Shown: positions 17,618 to 31,072 of the stretch, piece after piece
Numbering within the stretch: position 1 is the stretch's first letter
How the letters are laid out: each line of letters opens with the position of its first letter
Assembly: GCA_023380635.1 (NCBI GenBank)
Contig: JAMCRP010000001.1
Location: 22,613 to 86,612, forward strand
Source: Patescibacteria group bacterium
Lineage (GTDB): Bacteria; Patescibacteriota; Microgenomatia; JAMCZE01
DNA: 64,000 nt
Direction: 5' to 3'
The notes under the pieces: model-generated
The model's input: only the letters and a program-made list of their open reading frames with translations
Databases searched by the model: none
What the model was told of the DNA's origin: nothing
Translations under genes and position numbers: made by a program

Positions 17618-18133
17618 ATGTTAATTCTTGGTATTGATCCCGGCACGGCCCGTTTGGGTTACGGTTTAATCAGAAATGGTAAGGCCGATGCCTTGACCTT
17701 TGTAGATGCCGGCTGTCTGGAAACCTCATTGGAAACACCGATGCCCGAGCGGCTGTTATATCTTCAGGGAGAAATTGGTAAAATTCTGGCCAAACACAAA
17801 CCGGATGTTTTGGCGATCGAAGCGCTGTTTTTTGGCATTAACGCCAAAACCGCCATTGCTGTCGGGCAGGCGAGAGGGGTGGTTTTGGCCGAGGCGGCCA
17901 GATATAAAATCCCCGTTTTTGAATACCAAGGACTGTCTGTCAAGTTTGCCATTACGGGATTCGGCCGGGCCAAGAAGAAGGAGATTCAGGAAGGAGTCCG
18001 GCAAATTCTTAAAATGGATAAAATTATTAAGCCTGACGATGCGGCTGACGGGCTGGCGATAGCGATTACCCACCACATTAAACAGAGCATGAAGCGTCAA
18101 GCGGAAAGCGTCAAGAAAAAAACTAAACACTAA
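17618..18133 (+). CDS. ruvC: Crossover junction endodeoxyribonuclease RuvC
   Basis: MLILGIDPGTARLGYGLI (catalytic Asp in GIDPG), LAIEALFF, and C-terminal acidic DDAADGLAIAITH motif; 171 aa; follows yebC as in the classical yebC-ruvC arrangement. Confidence 0.85.
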   Translation: MLILGIDPGTARLGYGLIRNGKADALTFVDAGCLETSLETPMPERLLYLQGEIGKILAKHKPDVLAIEALFFGINAKTAIAVGQARGVVLAEAARYKIPVFEYQGLSVKFAITGFGRAKKKEIQEGVRQILKMDKIIKPDDAADGLAIAITHHIKQSMKRQAESVKKKTKH

Positions 18134-18158
18134 GCGCTTCCCGCTAAACGCTTGAAGT

Positions 18159-18992
18159 ATGTCAAAGCGCCAAAAGTTTGTCATTGCGACTTTCGTTTTG
18201 CTTGCGGGAATTATTTTGAGCCGGGCTGGTCTGGGAGTTTTTTTGCAGTGGCGTTTCCGGGTCGTTTTATTTGCTTTAGCCTCGATTGCCGTCACCATCT
18301 GGGCTCTTAAGGACGAGGACTTTAATGGGGTAGAGTGGCTGACTTTACCGATCCTGCCGGCAATGTTCGCTCTGGGCTCGGCCCTGGCCTTTCCGCTTTT
18401 ACCGTCGGGTTTCGATACGATTGCCACTGTTTCCGTTTCTTCAGATACTAGCATGCTTTTGTCTTTGGCGGTAAGACTTTTATTTCTGGCTGGTTTCGTG
18501 GTGGGGTATTATGCCAGCATTTTAACGGCTAACATCTATAATGTTGCTGCTATCCGAAATATTCAATTGCTACGGGTAGCGCACTCTATTGGTTTCCTGG
18601 TGACCGTCGCCTCGGCTCTGCTGCTTTATATTGTCCTGTTTTCGTTTCACTTAAGCGGTTTTCTGGATTTCTTTTTTGTGATGCTTATTTCCGGTCCGCT
18701 GATTTTCCAGGCGGTTTGGAGCGCCACTCTTGAAGAGAAGATCGGGGAGAGAACTATAAATTATTCTTTTATTGCTACGATCATTCTTGGCGAGGTGGCC
18801 TGGATTTTGTCTTTCTGGCCGGTCGGGATCTCTATTGTCGCTCTTTTTCTGACGGCCATTTTTTACGAAATGGTGGGCATCATCCAGTACCATTTTGATG
18901 AAAGATTAAACCGGCGCATCGCTAATGAATTTGTTTTTGTGGCTGTTTTTGTTTTTCTGATCACAATTTTTGCGGCCCAATGGGGCGGATAG
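18159..18992 (+). CDS. Hypothetical polytopic membrane protein
   Basis: 277 aa, about 7 hydrophobic helices; no motif recognised. Confidence 0.45.
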   Translation: MSKRQKFVIATFVLLAGIILSRAGLGVFLQWRFRVVLFALASIAVTIWALKDEDFNGVEWLTLPILPAMFALGSALAFPLLPSGFDTIATVSVSSDTSMLLSLAVRLLFLAGFVVGYYASILTANIYNVAAIRNIQLLRVAHSIGFLVTVASALLLYIVLFSFHLSGFLDFFFVMLISGPLIFQAVWSATLEEKIGERTINYSFIATIILGEVAWILSFWPVGISIVALFLTAIFYEMVGIIQYHFDERLNRRIANEFVFVAVFVFLITIFAAQWGG

Positions 18993-19923
18993 GAGAGTGA
19001 GAGAAACAAAAACTATAGGACCAAGCTGAGGCTAGCGGGGATATTCTTTCACGAGGTTGTGCTCCTATTTTTCACAGATATCAAACTATATCACCTCGGT
19101 CGCTTCGCTTCTCGGTGCAAGCAGTGAGGTCCGCAAAAAACCCGAAAGCTACGCTCGGTTTTACGACTATAGGGCCTTGCTACGCTCCAAAGTTATGCCT
19201 TATTTAACTATTAATCTAGGTTTTATTGAGCACAAAACAAAATAGCGGAGCGTAACACGGCGCTAGATCTTACCGCGCCCTCAACTCTGGTTCTTACACT
19301 GCAGAGGCAAAACGGAAGAAGACAGGCTCGAAATAACGAAATTAGCCCGTATTGACGCTCTATTCTTTGCGGGAATAATAAAGGCCAAATTGCATATTAT
19401 TACGCTCAAAAGTTAACGATTAGTGCATTGTTAGGCTCCAAAGTAGAGTAGCGCCCGTAGCCCTCTTCCAGATAAAGGCTCGATAATGGCTTTCGTTTTA
19501 AGCATCTTAAGATACTTAAGTTTCTTATGTGATCTTCCATTAGAGAACAGTGGCGACGGACTTAAAACCATTAGAGAGGTTCTCTTCTTTTCTTTTCTTT
19601 TCTTTAATTGTCTCTAAATAGTTAATGCCTTAAAGGAACCTTTTCTCTTGACGCCGGCACCCGGGAGCAGTAAAGTGATTATGTCGTAAATTGTATCTTT
19701 AACGACGCGACCGAAGCTGGGGTCTGGGGGAAGTGGTTCCTGGGCCTCATAGGTCTGGCGCATTAAGGATGGCAAATGTTTATAATTATTCCTGTGGGTC
19801 TGACAATTAATTTCTTATTATTCCCCAGATTTCTGGACCTGGTTGTTCCCTACTATAGGGTGACATTTCCGGCACGGGTGAGAAAAATATCTTGTTATAA
19901 CAGGCTAAAATTAATGCTTCACT
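18993..19923. other. ORF-free ~0.93 kb region (no ORF of 60 aa or more except one implausible 62-aa frame) with short repeats; candidate ncRNA, degraded element or recombination (dif-like) site upstream of the Xer recombinase
   Basis: Motifs ctatagg (3x), gctacgctc (2x), ccattagaga (2x), (cttttc)n tract at ~19585-19605. Coding density elsewhere in the window is above 90 percent. Confidence 0.35.
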
Positions 19924-20856
19924 ATGACTAGTGACAAACTCCTGGTGGAGTACATCACTGACTTTCTGGAGTACTGCGAGCTTGACCGGAGCCTGAGCCC
20001 TTTAACCGTTAAGATGTATGGCTACTACTTAGGCAGCTTTGCGGGCTGGTTGGCTTCCCAGGATAAGCCGCTTCGGCCAAACCAATTATCTGAAGATATC
20101 ATTCGGGAATACCGGCTTTACCTAAGCCGCTATGTGAACCCGATTAAAGGACCGCTGGCCAAGAACACCCAGAATTATTTTCTGATTGCTTTAAGAGCCT
20201 TTCTAAGGTTCCTGACGAAAAAAAATGTTGAAACTCTGGCCCCGGATCTGATTGAACTGGGAAAAAACCGGGACCGGCAAATAAAGTTTTTGACCCGCGA
20301 CCATCTTAATCAGATGTTAGTCCAGCCGGATACTTCAAAGTCTGAGGGTTTGCGGGACCGGGCCATTATGGAATTATTATTCAGTACTGGTTTGCGTGTC
20401 AGCGAACTGACAAAACTGGACCGGGACAAAATCAATCTGGATACCCGGGAATTTGGCATTATTGGCAAAGGCGGCCGGGCCCGGGTGGTATTTATATCTA
20501 CTGCCGCCGCTGAAAGCCTTTCTAGGTACCTTACAACGCGTCAGGATCAGGCACGCCCGTTATTCATACGATATTCGGGTAAACGGGACGAAACTGACGG
20601 CGGAAACAAGATGCGGTTAACCCCCCGGTCTGTCGAAAGGATGATTGCTAAGTATGTCCGGCTGGCCAAAATTCCGGTGGCCGCCACGCCGCACACTTTG
20701 CGCCATACTTTTGCCACGGATCTTCTAAGTAATGGTGCGGATTTACGATCGGTACAAGAAATGTTGGGCCACAAGAATGTGGCGACCACGCAGATTTATA
20801 CCCATGTGACCAATAAAAAACTTAAGGAGATTCATGAGCAGTTCCACGGAAAGTGA
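19924..20856 (+). CDS. Tyrosine recombinase, XerC/XerD family
   Basis: N-terminal SAM-like core-binding domain; catalytic R...HTLRHTFATDLL...LGHKNVATTQIYTHV (R-H-R-Y signature); 310 aa. Confidence 0.85.
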   Translation: MTSDKLLVEYITDFLEYCELDRSLSPLTVKMYGYYLGSFAGWLASQDKPLRPNQLSEDIIREYRLYLSRYVNPIKGPLAKNTQNYFLIALRAFLRFLTKKNVETLAPDLIELGKNRDRQIKFLTRDHLNQMLVQPDTSKSEGLRDRAIMELLFSTGLRVSELTKLDRDKINLDTREFGIIGKGGRARVVFISTAAAESLSRYLTTRQDQARPLFIRYSGKRDETDGGNKMRLTPRSVERMIAKYVRLAKIPVAATPHTLRHTFATDLLSNGADLRSVQEMLGHKNVATTQIYTHVTNKKLKEIHEQFHGK

Positions 20857-21606
20857 CTACCTCGTTTCGTAGCTTAATGTGACCGTGACGGAAATTTCCG
20901 AAGTTCCGGGTTCGATTTGGGTCGGAACAGACGGAGCAGTTCCGCCGCCCAAACCAACCGCCTTGTCCATGTACAATGGCTGGGGAGTGGCCGTATTGCC
21001 TTCGGAAACATTAATCAGACGGCCCAAAGTGATGCCGGATTCCCCCGCAATTTCGGCAGCTTTCTTCTCGGCGTTATCAATGGCCAGCTTTCTGGCCTGC
21101 GCGCGATAGGTTTCCGGATTATCAACCGTAAACTGTAACCCGCCAACCGTGTTGGCACCGTTGGTTGTCCCGGCGTCGATAACCTGATTAATCTTGCCGA
21201 AATCCCGAACTTTGACCTCAATATTCACATCAATTGTGTATCCGGTAATTCTCTGCGGCTTGGAATTATAGTCGTAATCGGGACGAAGGTTGTAGTTGGT
21301 CGTTTGAATGTCGCTCTCCCCTATCCCCAACTTTTTCACAGCCGCCGAAATATTATTAATGGTTTGGTTAGCTTGGCTTTGGACTTGGGATACCGAACTA
21401 CCAGAGGTGGTAAAGCCGAGGTTAACTTGGGCCACATCCGGTTTGGCTAAAACTTTGCCGTCGGCGGAAACGGTAAACGGTGCCGGCTGGGCCGTGGTAA
21501 TCGAACTAACCGATAACGGTAAACCCGGGCCGAATTTGCCGTAAATGAAAAGACCCAGGAAAAGCAGAATAATAGTGGCTAAAGCGGTTTTCAGACTTTC
21601 GGACAC
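20857..21606 (-). CDS. SIMPL-domain (DUF541, YggE-like) periplasmic/secreted protein
   Basis: N-terminal TM/signal, then ITGYTIDVNIEVKVRDFGKINQVID and C-terminal GTSEISVTVTLSYE typical of SIMPL/26-kDa periplasmic immunogenic protein family; 249 aa. Confidence 0.7.
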   Translation of the reverse strand: MSESLKTALATIILLFLGLFIYGKFGPGLPLSVSSITTAQPAPFTVSADGKVLAKPDVAQVNLGFTTSGSSVSQVQSQANQTINNISAAVKKLGIGESDIQTTNYNLRPDYDYNSKPQRITGYTIDVNIEVKVRDFGKINQVIDAGTTNGANTVGGLQFTVDNPETYRAQARKLAIDNAEKKAAEIAGESGITLGRLINVSEGNTATPQPLYMDKAVGLGGGTAPSVPTQIEPGTSEISVTVTLSYETR

Positions 21607-21672
21607 GGATATAGATTAGCTGTCTATAGAGGGGGGTGTCAAGACCGGGGTTCGGCTTCCAGTGAAAGCATA

Positions 21673-24159
21673 TTATTTTTCCAGCGTGGCGACGGCAGCG
21701 AGATGGTCGCTACTATCAGAAAACCTCATCAGGATAACACCCTGGGTGGCTCGGGATAAGCGGGGAACGGAAACGAGCGGCAGTTTAATCACAATCCCCT
21801 TGGCCGAAGTCAGGATCAGCTGGTCGATATTATCGTCGATGGCTCGGGCGGTGACGAGTTTTCCGGTTTTGGGGGTAATCTGCATCGCCTTAACTCCCAT
21901 TCCCCCGCGACCCTGTTTGGGAAACTGCTTCATTTCGGTGCGTTTGCCGATGCCTTTTTCCGAAACTACCAGAAGATCGCCGTCGTGGGCACATTCCATG
22001 CCGACCACATAATCCTCCTTGGCTAATTTAATTCCCCGGACGCCGATGGTGTCCCGGCCCTGCGGTTTGGCCTGTTTTTCGGCAAAACGAATGGATTTGC
22101 CGTCGTGGGTTACCAGAATAATTTCGTCATTACCTGAAGTCAGCTTGGCCCAAACCAGCTCGTCGTTATCTTCCAGCTTTATGGCGGTTAGGCCGTTTTT
22201 ACGGATGTTGGCAAAATCTTCAATGGGGGTTTTCTTAACCGTACCGCGGCGGGTAGCCAGAAAAACATACTTGGGGGCGTTGGGGATATTTGGGGTGTTG
22301 GGATATGACAGGACTGATTGGACGGCCTCCCCCTGGGCGGTGTTAATAATATTAACGATGGCCTGGCCTTTGGCAGTTCTGCCCGCTTCCGGCAGTTCGT
22401 AAACTTTTGTCTGATAAACTTTCCCTTTGTTGGTAAAGAAAAGGATATTGTCGTGGGCGCTGGCAGACACCAGGTGCTCAATTTCGTCTTCTTCTTTGGT
22501 AGCCATGCCGGTAACGCCTTTGCCGCCCCGCGCCTGGGCGCGGTAGGAGCTGGGCGATAATCGCTTCACATAGCCGGTTTTAGTCAGAGTAACGACCATG
22601 GGGTCATTGGGAACCAGATCTTCTTCGCTAAACTCTCCGACCTTGCCTTTGATAACTTTGGTACGACGCTCGTCGCCGTATTTCTCTTTTAATTTCTGCA
22701 GTTCGTCTTTAATTACTTTGCGAATTTTTTCCGGATGGGCCAATAAATCTTCCAGATAAGCGATTGTCTCGCGCACCATTGCCAATTCGTCTTCAATCTT
22801 TTGCCTCTCGAGAGCGGCCAGACGGCGTAGCTGCATGTCCAAAATGGCTGTGGCCTGAATGTCGGTCAGTTTGTATTTTGCCATTAATTTCGTTTTGGCG
22901 TCTTCGGCGCTGGCGGCTTTTTTAATTAAGTCGATGACTTCGTCGATGTGGTCGACCGCAATTTTTAATCCTTCCAGAATATGCTCCCGGGCTTTGGCTT
23001 CCTTCAGTTCGAATTGGCTTCGGCGGGTGACGACATTCTGGCGGTGCTTTAAGAATTCCTCCAGAATCATTTTCAGAGTCAGGGTTTGCGGCGTCTGGTC
23101 GACCAGAGCAACGATATTGACCGGATAGGAAGTTTGTAATTCGGTATGCTTAAATAAATTATTAAGCACTGCCTGCGGTCTGGCGTCCCGTTTTAGTTCA
23201 ATATAAATCCTCATTCCGCGCCGATCGGATTCATCGCGCAGGTCAGAAATTCCTTCAATCTTTTTGTCCTTGACCAGATCGGCAATCCGGGCGACCAGGT
23301 CAGCTTTATTAATCTGATAAGGAATTTCTGTAACGATAATGGCGGATTTGCCGTTGCTCTGCTCTTCAATCTCGGTTCGCGCGCGAACCACAATTTTGCC
23401 TTTGCCGGTGCCGTAAGCCGCCAGGATTTCCTTCTGGTCGTAAATTATGCCGCCCGTGGGAAAATCCGGGCCTTTGATAAACTGGACCAGATCTTCAACA
23501 GTCGTATTTTCTTCACCCTTATCAATTAAAAAGCAGATGGCGTCGACCACTTCGCCCAGGTTATGCGGCGGGATTTTAGTGGCCATACCCACAGCAATGC
23601 CGTCAGCGCCCATTAACAATAAGTTAGGCAGCAAGGCCGGAAGATAGACCGGCTCGACATCGGTGTTCGAGTAGTTGGGAATAAAGTCGACAGTTTCCTT
23701 TTCAATGTCCGCCAAAAGGGCGTCGGAAACGGCAGCCATGCGGGCCTCGGTGTAGCGCATTGCGGCCGGCGGATCGCCGTCTACTGACCCAAAGTTACCT
23801 TGACCGTCAATCAGCGGATACCTTAAGGAAAAGTCCTGCGCCATACGCACTAGCGCGTCGTAGACCGGAATGTCCCCATGGGGATGGTAGTTTTTTAGTA
23901 CCTCGCCTACAACCGCGGCCGATTTGGCATGTTTACTGCTATGGTGCAGACCAATTTTGTGCATCGCGTAAATGATCCGGCGGTGCACCGGTTTCAGGCC
24001 GTCACGGACATCAGGTAAGGCGCGGCTGACAATAACCGACATGGCGTAATCGAGGTATGCCGATTCCATTTCCGAGGTGATTTCAGAAGAAAGAATCTTG
24101 CCGATTTTCGGATCGAATTTTTCTAGTTCTTCGTTTTTGTGGTTATCCTGTTCGTCCAT
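21673..24159 (-). CDS. gyrA: DNA gyrase subunit A
   Basis: [33 protein letters not shown] (catalytic Tyr region), QRLxxL motif, C-terminal beta-pinwheel repeats; 828 aa. Confidence 0.95.
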   Translation of the reverse strand: MDEQDNHKNEELEKFDPKIGKILSSEITSEMESAYLDYAMSVIVSRALPDVRDGLKPVHRRIIYAMHKIGLHHSSKHAKSAAVVGEVLKNYHPHGDIPVYDALVRMAQDFSLRYPLIDGQGNFGSVDGDPPAAMRYTEARMAAVSDALLADIEKETVDFIPNYSNTDVEPVYLPALLPNLLLMGADGIAVGMATKIPPHNLGEVVDAICFLIDKGEENTTVEDLVQFIKGPDFPTGGIIYDQKEILAAYGTGKGKIVVRARTEIEEQSNGKSAIIVTEIPYQINKADLVARIADLVKDKKIEGISDLRDESDRRGMRIYIELKRDARPQAVLNNLFKHTELQTSYPVNIVALVDQTPQTLTLKMILEEFLKHRQNVVTRRSQFELKEAKAREHILEGLKIAVDHIDEVIDLIKKAASAEDAKTKLMAKYKLTDIQATAILDMQLRRLAALERQKIEDELAMVRETIAYLEDLLAHPEKIRKVIKDELQKLKEKYGDERRTKVIKGKVGEFSEEDLVPNDPMVVTLTKTGYVKRLSPSSYRAQARGGKGVTGMATKEEDEIEHLVSASAHDNILFFTNKGKVYQTKVYELPEAGRTAKGQAIVNIINTAQGEAVQSVLSYPNTPNIPNAPKYVFLATRRGTVKKTPIEDFANIRKNGLTAIKLEDNDELVWAKLTSGNDEIILVTHDGKSIRFAEKQAKPQGRDTIGVRGIKLAKEDYVVGMECAHDGDLLVVSEKGIGKRTEMKQFPKQGRGGMGVKAMQITPKTGKLVTARAIDDNIDQLILTSAKGIVIKLPLVSVPRLSRATQGVILMRFSDSSDHLAAVATLEK

Positions 24160-24250
24160 TTTTTTGCAAAAAAATTACCCTTTCGGGACATCTATATTCT
24201 ACCATTTTTGAAGCCGCGCAACAACTGTTTAGAGGTCTTTCTAAAGCGAA

Positions 24251-26248
24251 TTAAACTATTAGTCCAGCCAGAAGCAGCGCTACAATGTTTGCCACCTTGA
24301 TCATCGGATTGATCGCTGGGCCCGCGGTATCTTTGTAGGGATCCCCGACTGTATCGCCAGTGACCGCGGCTTGATGCGCCGGACTCTTTTTGCCGCCATA
24401 ATTACCGGCTTCGATATATTTTTTGGCATTGTCCCAGGCTGCCCCGCCGGTCGTCATGGAAACGGCCACAAAAATACCGGTGACAATGGCGCCGACTAGG
24501 ACCCCTCCCAAGGCGACGGGTCCCAGCAGAAAGCCGACGGCAACAGGTACGACCACCGGAATCAGAGCCGGAACCAGCATCTGTTTAATCGCGGCGCCGG
24601 TGACGATAGAAACAGCTTTGCCATACTGCGGTTTTTCCGTGCCCTTCATGATGCCCTTGATTTCTTTAAACTGTCGCCTAATCTCCGTAACAATGGTGCC
24701 CGCAGCAATCCCGACTGACTCCATAAGCAGGGCTCCAAAAAAGTAAGTCATGGCTCCACCCAGGAACAGGCCGATTAAAACTTTGGGGTCAGTCAAAGAG
24801 AAAACCAGGGGCATAGCTGTCCGGATCGCCACTTCCTGAACATAGGCGCCAAATAAAACCAAAGCTGCTAAAGCAGCTGACCCAATCGCATAGCCCTTCG
24901 TGACGGCCTTGGTCGTGTTTCCCACGGCGTCTAAAGCGTCGGTGACATTTCTGACTTTTTCCGGCAGCCCGGCCATTTCGGCAATGCCGCCGGCGTTATC
25001 GGTGATCGGGCCAAAAGCGTCAATGGCCACGACAATACCGGTAAGAGATAACATTGCGGTGGCTGCGACGGCGACGCCGTATAAATTAGCCAGATAATAC
25101 GAGAGCAAAATAGCCACGCAAATGACGATAACCGGCGCGGCGGTGGATTTCATGGAGACGGCCAGGCCGGCAATAATATTGGTTCCGTGACCGGAGTTAC
25201 TGGCGGCGGCAATTCCCTTCACACTGCCATAGTTTTTGGAAGTGTAAAACTCGGTAATCACAACCATGGCAGCAGTGACGCCGATACCAATAAGCGCGGC
25301 AAAATACAAATTAACCCAAGGAAAAAGGGCATTGTCGGCCATCAAATAGGCAGTCAGCGGCAAAAAAGCCAACGCCGAAAAGACCGCGGCGGCAATTAAA
25401 CCTTTATACAAAGCGCCCATAATGCTACGCTTTTTGCCCAGAGAGACAAAGAAAGTGGCAATAATGGAGCCGAAAATAGAAACGGCGCCGATTAACAAAG
25501 GATACAAAGAGGAAACCGGATAATGCGGAAAAACCAAATTACCAAGTAGAAGTGTGGCCACCATGGTGACCACATAAGTTTCAAACAGATCCGCCGCCAT
25601 GCCGGCACAGTCGCCGACATTGTCGCCGACATTGTCCGCAATGACACCCGGGTTTCGTGGATCGTCTTCGGGAATCCCCGCTTCGATTTTGCCTACCATG
25701 TCCGTGCCGACATCAGCCGCTTTAGTAAAGATTCCCCCGCCGATCCGGGCAAAAATGGAAATTAATGACGCGCCAAAACCCAAGGCGGCCAATTTTTCAT
25801 TACCGCCCGGTAAGACAAGGACCGTACTAACCGCGAGCAAAGCTAAACCGGCGACCATTAAACCGGTGACCGATCCCCCATCAAAGCCGACTTTAAGAGC
25901 CGCGCCCAAACCTTTGGTGGCGGCCTGAGCTGTACGGCTGTTGGATCTGACGGAAACACTCATGCCAACGATGCCGGAGGTGGCGGATAAGACCGCTCCA
26001 ATCAAGAAAGCGATCGCTGCAAACGGGCCATACAAATAATAAAGTATTGCTAAGACCAGTAGAGCGACGACGGCGACAACAGAGTATTGTTTCTTGAGGT
26101 AGGCGTTGGCCCCTTCCAAAATAGCCTGAGAAATTTCCTGCATTTTCACAGTGCCGGCCGGGAGGGCTAAAATCCGATTAATCTGCCAGAGGGCGTAAGC
26201 AACGGCCAAAAATCCGGCCCCGAAAGAAGCATAAATCAGATTTTGCAT
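24251..26248 (-). CDS. hppA: Membrane-bound proton/sodium-translocating pyrophosphatase (V-PPase)
   Basis: 16-helix membrane protein with [38 protein letters not shown], and [11 protein letters not shown] motifs; 665 aa. Confidence 0.9.
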   Translation of the reverse strand: MQNLIYASFGAGFLAVAYALWQINRILALPAGTVKMQEISQAILEGANAYLKKQYSVVAVVALLVLAILYYLYGPFAAIAFLIGAVLSATSGIVGMSVSVRSNSRTAQAATKGLGAALKVGFDGGSVTGLMVAGLALLAVSTVLVLPGGNEKLAALGFGASLISIFARIGGGIFTKAADVGTDMVGKIEAGIPEDDPRNPGVIADNVGDNVGDCAGMAADLFETYVVTMVATLLLGNLVFPHYPVSSLYPLLIGAVSIFGSIIATFFVSLGKKRSIMGALYKGLIAAAVFSALAFLPLTAYLMADNALFPWVNLYFAALIGIGVTAAMVVITEFYTSKNYGSVKGIAAASNSGHGTNIIAGLAVSMKSTAAPVIVICVAILLSYYLANLYGVAVAATAMLSLTGIVVAIDAFGPITDNAGGIAEMAGLPEKVRNVTDALDAVGNTTKAVTKGYAIGSAALAALVLFGAYVQEVAIRTAMPLVFSLTDPKVLIGLFLGGAMTYFFGALLMESVGIAAGTIVTEIRRQFKEIKGIMKGTEKPQYGKAVSIVTGAAIKQMLVPALIPVVVPVAVGFLLGPVALGGVLVGAIVTGIFVAVSMTTGGAAWDNAKKYIEAGNYGGKKSPAHQAAVTGDTVGDPYKDTAGPAINPMIKVANIVALLLAGLIV

Positions 26249-26292
26249 AACTGCTTACGATTATATATATGGGGTTTAGCCGTTTGCAAGGG

Positions 26293-28227
<1,935 letters not shown>

Positions 28228-28237
28228 TCATATTTTA

Positions 28238-28789
28238 CTATTTTAGGAAGAGATTTTCCAGAGTTAAACGGACATTGGTGTTGGCCTGTAAATACTTTTT
28301 TGCCTTCAGTAATTGCCGCAAGTGTTTGGTGCCGGAAGCGACAATTAAAGTGTCAATAAGGGCTATCGCCTCACCCCGATTTTTGACGGTTTCAGCCCAT
28401 TTCGAACCATTGCCAAAGTTATAACTCTCGATCCAATCGAGAATCTGTTTTTCCTGGTTACTGATCTTACCAGCCCTCCTGTCGGTACTGATATTAATGA
28501 TTAAACATCGGGAAGTGACAGTTAGTAGCAACTGGTCTTCGTTTTCGGCAAGAAGAATAATTTCAGTTCCCGCCGGAGGTTCCTCCAGAGTTTTTAAAAA
28601 GGCATTCTGGGCTTCTTCAGTAAGATTCTGGGCGTTTTCGACAATAACTGATTGGCCGGTACTGATAAGGCCTTCCAGTTCCCGGATCTCCCCCACTCCG
28701 GTCGGGTTGACAATCAAACCGTCTGGAAAAATCTCTTTCGCTTTGGTCAGCCGGCTTCGGCTGTTTCCTCCGGTAATCAAAACACTCAC
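28238..28789 (-). CDS. holB: DNA polymerase III delta-prime-like clamp-loader subunit (short form)
   Basis: AFLKTLEEPP and SRC motif (TVTSRCLIIN) diagnostic of clamp-loader gamma/delta-prime; no intact Walker A; only 183 aa. Confidence 0.55.
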   Translation of the reverse strand: MSVLITGGNSRSRLTKAKEIFPDGLIVNPTGVGEIRELEGLISTGQSVIVENAQNLTEEAQNAFLKTLEEPPAGTEIILLAENEDQLLLTVTSRCLIINISTDRRAGKISNQEKQILDWIESYNFGNGSKWAETVKNRGEAIALIDTLIVASGTKHLRQLLKAKKYLQANTNVRLTLENLFLK

Positions 28790-28804
28790 GGGGCAATTTT
28801 ATCA

Positions 28805-31072
28805 TTAATCCGAAGGGGTTAGTTCGGTCCAGGAATAGGATGGCCGGGAAAGAATGTTTTGATAGATTGTCAGATACTTTGGCTGGTAAATCCACCGTTC
28901 TGCCGGAAGACTGTTGTCACTGACGGCACGATTCAGGCCCAGATCGGAGTTGCCAAAAGCCAGGAGCGAACCGTTGCCGACCAAAGCTCCTAACCCTGCA
29001 CCGTCATCAAAGCTGCCAGGGAAAAGATACACGCCGTCCAGCTGTGACACTGAAGGACTGAGGGTTAAATTTCCTGGATTAAAGGCGTCCGGATTATTTT
29101 GGACAAAGATTATTGAGGAGTTGCCGGTCCCGGTTGTAATATTCTTATTAACAGTTAACGAGCCGTTAATGAAAACAATAATCCGCATGTTTGCTGGAAT
29201 GGTTTTTGCGGTATCGATCGTTTGGGAGTTCGAAATTTTCCACGGGACGATAACCTGAACTGTGTCGGTTTTATCGGCCATTGCTTGGCTCAAGACGCTG
29301 TTGAGATTATCGTTGCTAGTGCCCCAAAAACGGTAGCGATTATTTCCAGAAATGATCGGATCAGCATTGCCAATTGGATACTCGTATCCCCAGACATCAA
29401 ACAAATCGGTTAGAGCTTTTAGGCTGGGAATGCCGGCGTTTTTGAGAACGGTGGCCATTAGGGTTGGGTAATTGGCCTCATTCTTATTGAGCGCACTCGA
29501 ATTGCTTAAGATGTTCATGCCGGGCAAAATCCCGTTTTGGGAGATCCAGCCGTTGCCGCCTGAGCCATAGTTGATGGTCAGATCTTTTGTTTCCACAATC
29601 CCGGCGCTGTTGGGCGGCGGGACGCATTTGCCAGAGTAGCAGGCAACGCCCGAGCCGCAGTTATGGTTGCAGGCGCCGCAGTTTTGCGGGTCATTATTTA
29701 AGTCTGTGCAGGTGCCTGAGCAGATAACTTGACCTGTTCCAGGACAAAAACAAATATTATTAGTGCATGTTGAAGGGGACGGGCAACCCGGGGGGCACTC
29801 TCCGCCGCAGCCGTTATAACCACATTGCTTTCCGGAACAGTAACTAATTCTGGGATCAACAGCGTTACAAGTGTTGGTGTTCCAGGTACCACCATAAATG
29901 CTAGTGCAGGACATAATGCCCGTAACATTACAGGTCCCAAAAGTCTTATAACAGTAGGTGGTGTCAGTTAAGCCGCAGTTGGGGTGTTGCGTAATTGGGG
30001 CGCCGCAACCCTGGTCATAACAGGTTTGGTTACCGGTAGCCTGAGAGCCGCATTGCGGGCAGCCGGTAATCGTTCCGCAGTAGACAGGAATACCGTTACA
30101 GGTATAGTGGGCATAAAAACCGATGCTGGTGCAGGATTGCGGCGGGCTGGCCCACCATTCCCAATAGTAGGGGTAAGGGGTGCCGCAACTGGCAGTTACT
30201 GTCGAATCCTGCTGGTAATATTGCGGCGGACTGTAGCCCGCCCAGGTTATGAAGGTACCGGCTGCTGCGGTAAAAGTAGAGGACCAATTGCCAGCGCCAT
30301 CAACCGGTGCAGTAGCAATATAGTTCCACTGATAATTGGGAGAGCCATAGTCGTAAAGATAAACAGAGCCGTGTGGGGTACCCGGGCCGCCAGAAAGATA
30401 TTCATGTCCTCCAAGGGTAATTGGTTGGCGAAGATTAAAATAGCTGTTCGTGTTAGTAATTTTCCAGCCATCTGTTTGATTAAGGTTATTCATTCCCCAG
30501 CCGGAAACGGTATTGTTGGTTAAGGGAGAGCTAAAGTTAGTGTTCAAGTGAAAATAGAAACTGACGCTCCGCATGGCATAGCCGTTTCCGTTAACCCAAG
30601 TGTCGCAGCCCACAAGATCTACATATTGGTAACCTTCACCGCCTAAATCGCTGCCATCATAAATTGCGGCATAGCCCACCGCTGAAGTGCCATAAGTGCT
30701 GTCAGTGCAGGTTATGAGATCTTTAGTGGCGTTGTAGCCGTTGCCCCAGTATGGAAAATAACCTGTCAGCGACCAGCCGAACTGGCCGCGCATGTTTGAA
30801 TAACTTGGCGGATTTGCATTTGGGCCCTGATAGTTAATGATAACATTGGCGTCTTTGATATTATTTCCGTTGCCACCGGAACTTAAATACCAATCGCCGT
30901 CAGAGACCTGAACAGTGAGAGAATAGACCGTGCTGCCGTCAGCGATTGGTGTCGTGTCGCTAATTCCCGCGTAACGAACAACCGGATAAAAAGCCCGGAC
31001 TGCTTGGGCGCCCTTGGTCAAAAATCCCAGGGCCAAAACAAGGAGTAATAAAAATTTAAGAGCTGATTTCAT
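28805..31072 (-). CDS. Large secreted cysteine-rich surface protein with Stig1-like DPxNCGxC repeats
   Basis: Signal peptide MKSALKFLLLLVLALGFLTKGAQA. Gly/Asn/Tyr/Trp-rich N-terminal region. Central Cys-rich block with repeated CGxC/CxxGxC units (e.g. TDLNNDPQNCGACNHNCGSGVACYSGKC). Asn/Ser-rich C-terminal region; 755 aa. Confidence 0.6.
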   Translation of the reverse strand: MKSALKFLLLLVLALGFLTKGAQAVRAFYPVVRYAGISDTTPIADGSTVYSLTVQVSDGDWYLSSGGNGNNIKDANVIINYQGPNANPPSYSNMRGQFGWSLTGYFPYWGNGYNATKDLITCTDSTYGTSAVGYAAIYDGSDLGGEGYQYVDLVGCDTWVNGNGYAMRSVSFYFHLNTNFSSPLTNNTVSGWGMNNLNQTDGWKITNTNSYFNLRQPITLGGHEYLSGGPGTPHGSVYLYDYGSPNYQWNYIATAPVDGAGNWSSTFTAAAGTFITWAGYSPPQYYQQDSTVTASCGTPYPYYWEWWASPPQSCTSIGFYAHYTCNGIPVYCGTITGCPQCGSQATGNQTCYDQGCGAPITQHPNCGLTDTTYCYKTFGTCNVTGIMSCTSIYGGTWNTNTCNAVDPRISYCSGKQCGYNGCGGECPPGCPSPSTCTNNICFCPGTGQVICSGTCTDLNNDPQNCGACNHNCGSGVACYSGKCVPPPNSAGIVETKDLTINYGSGGNGWISQNGILPGMNILSNSSALNKNEANYPTLMATVLKNAGIPSLKALTDLFDVWGYEYPIGNADPIISGNNRYRFWGTSNDNLNSVLSQAMADKTDTVQVIVPWKISNSQTIDTAKTIPANMRIIVFINGSLTVNKNITTGTGNSSIIFVQNNPDAFNPGNLTLSPSVSQLDGVYLFPGSFDDGAGLGALVGNGSLLAFGNSDLGLNRAVSDNSLPAERWIYQPKYLTIYQNILSRPSYSWTELTPSD

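Noticed and set aside
17756-18454. 232-aa minus-strand ORF
   Set aside because: Lies antisense to ruvC and the following membrane-protein gene, both of which have clear motifs. Low-complexity translation. Treated as a shadow ORF.
19585-19605. cttttc tandem tract considered as a possible CRISPR or minisatellite
   Set aside because: Only about 4 units of a 5-6-mer, with no spacer-repeat architecture. No CRISPR array anywhere in the window.
18993-19923. tmRNA, RNase P RNA, SRP RNA or group II intron in the ORF-free region
   Set aside because: None of the hallmark conserved sequences could be found by eye. Left as unidentified rather than called.
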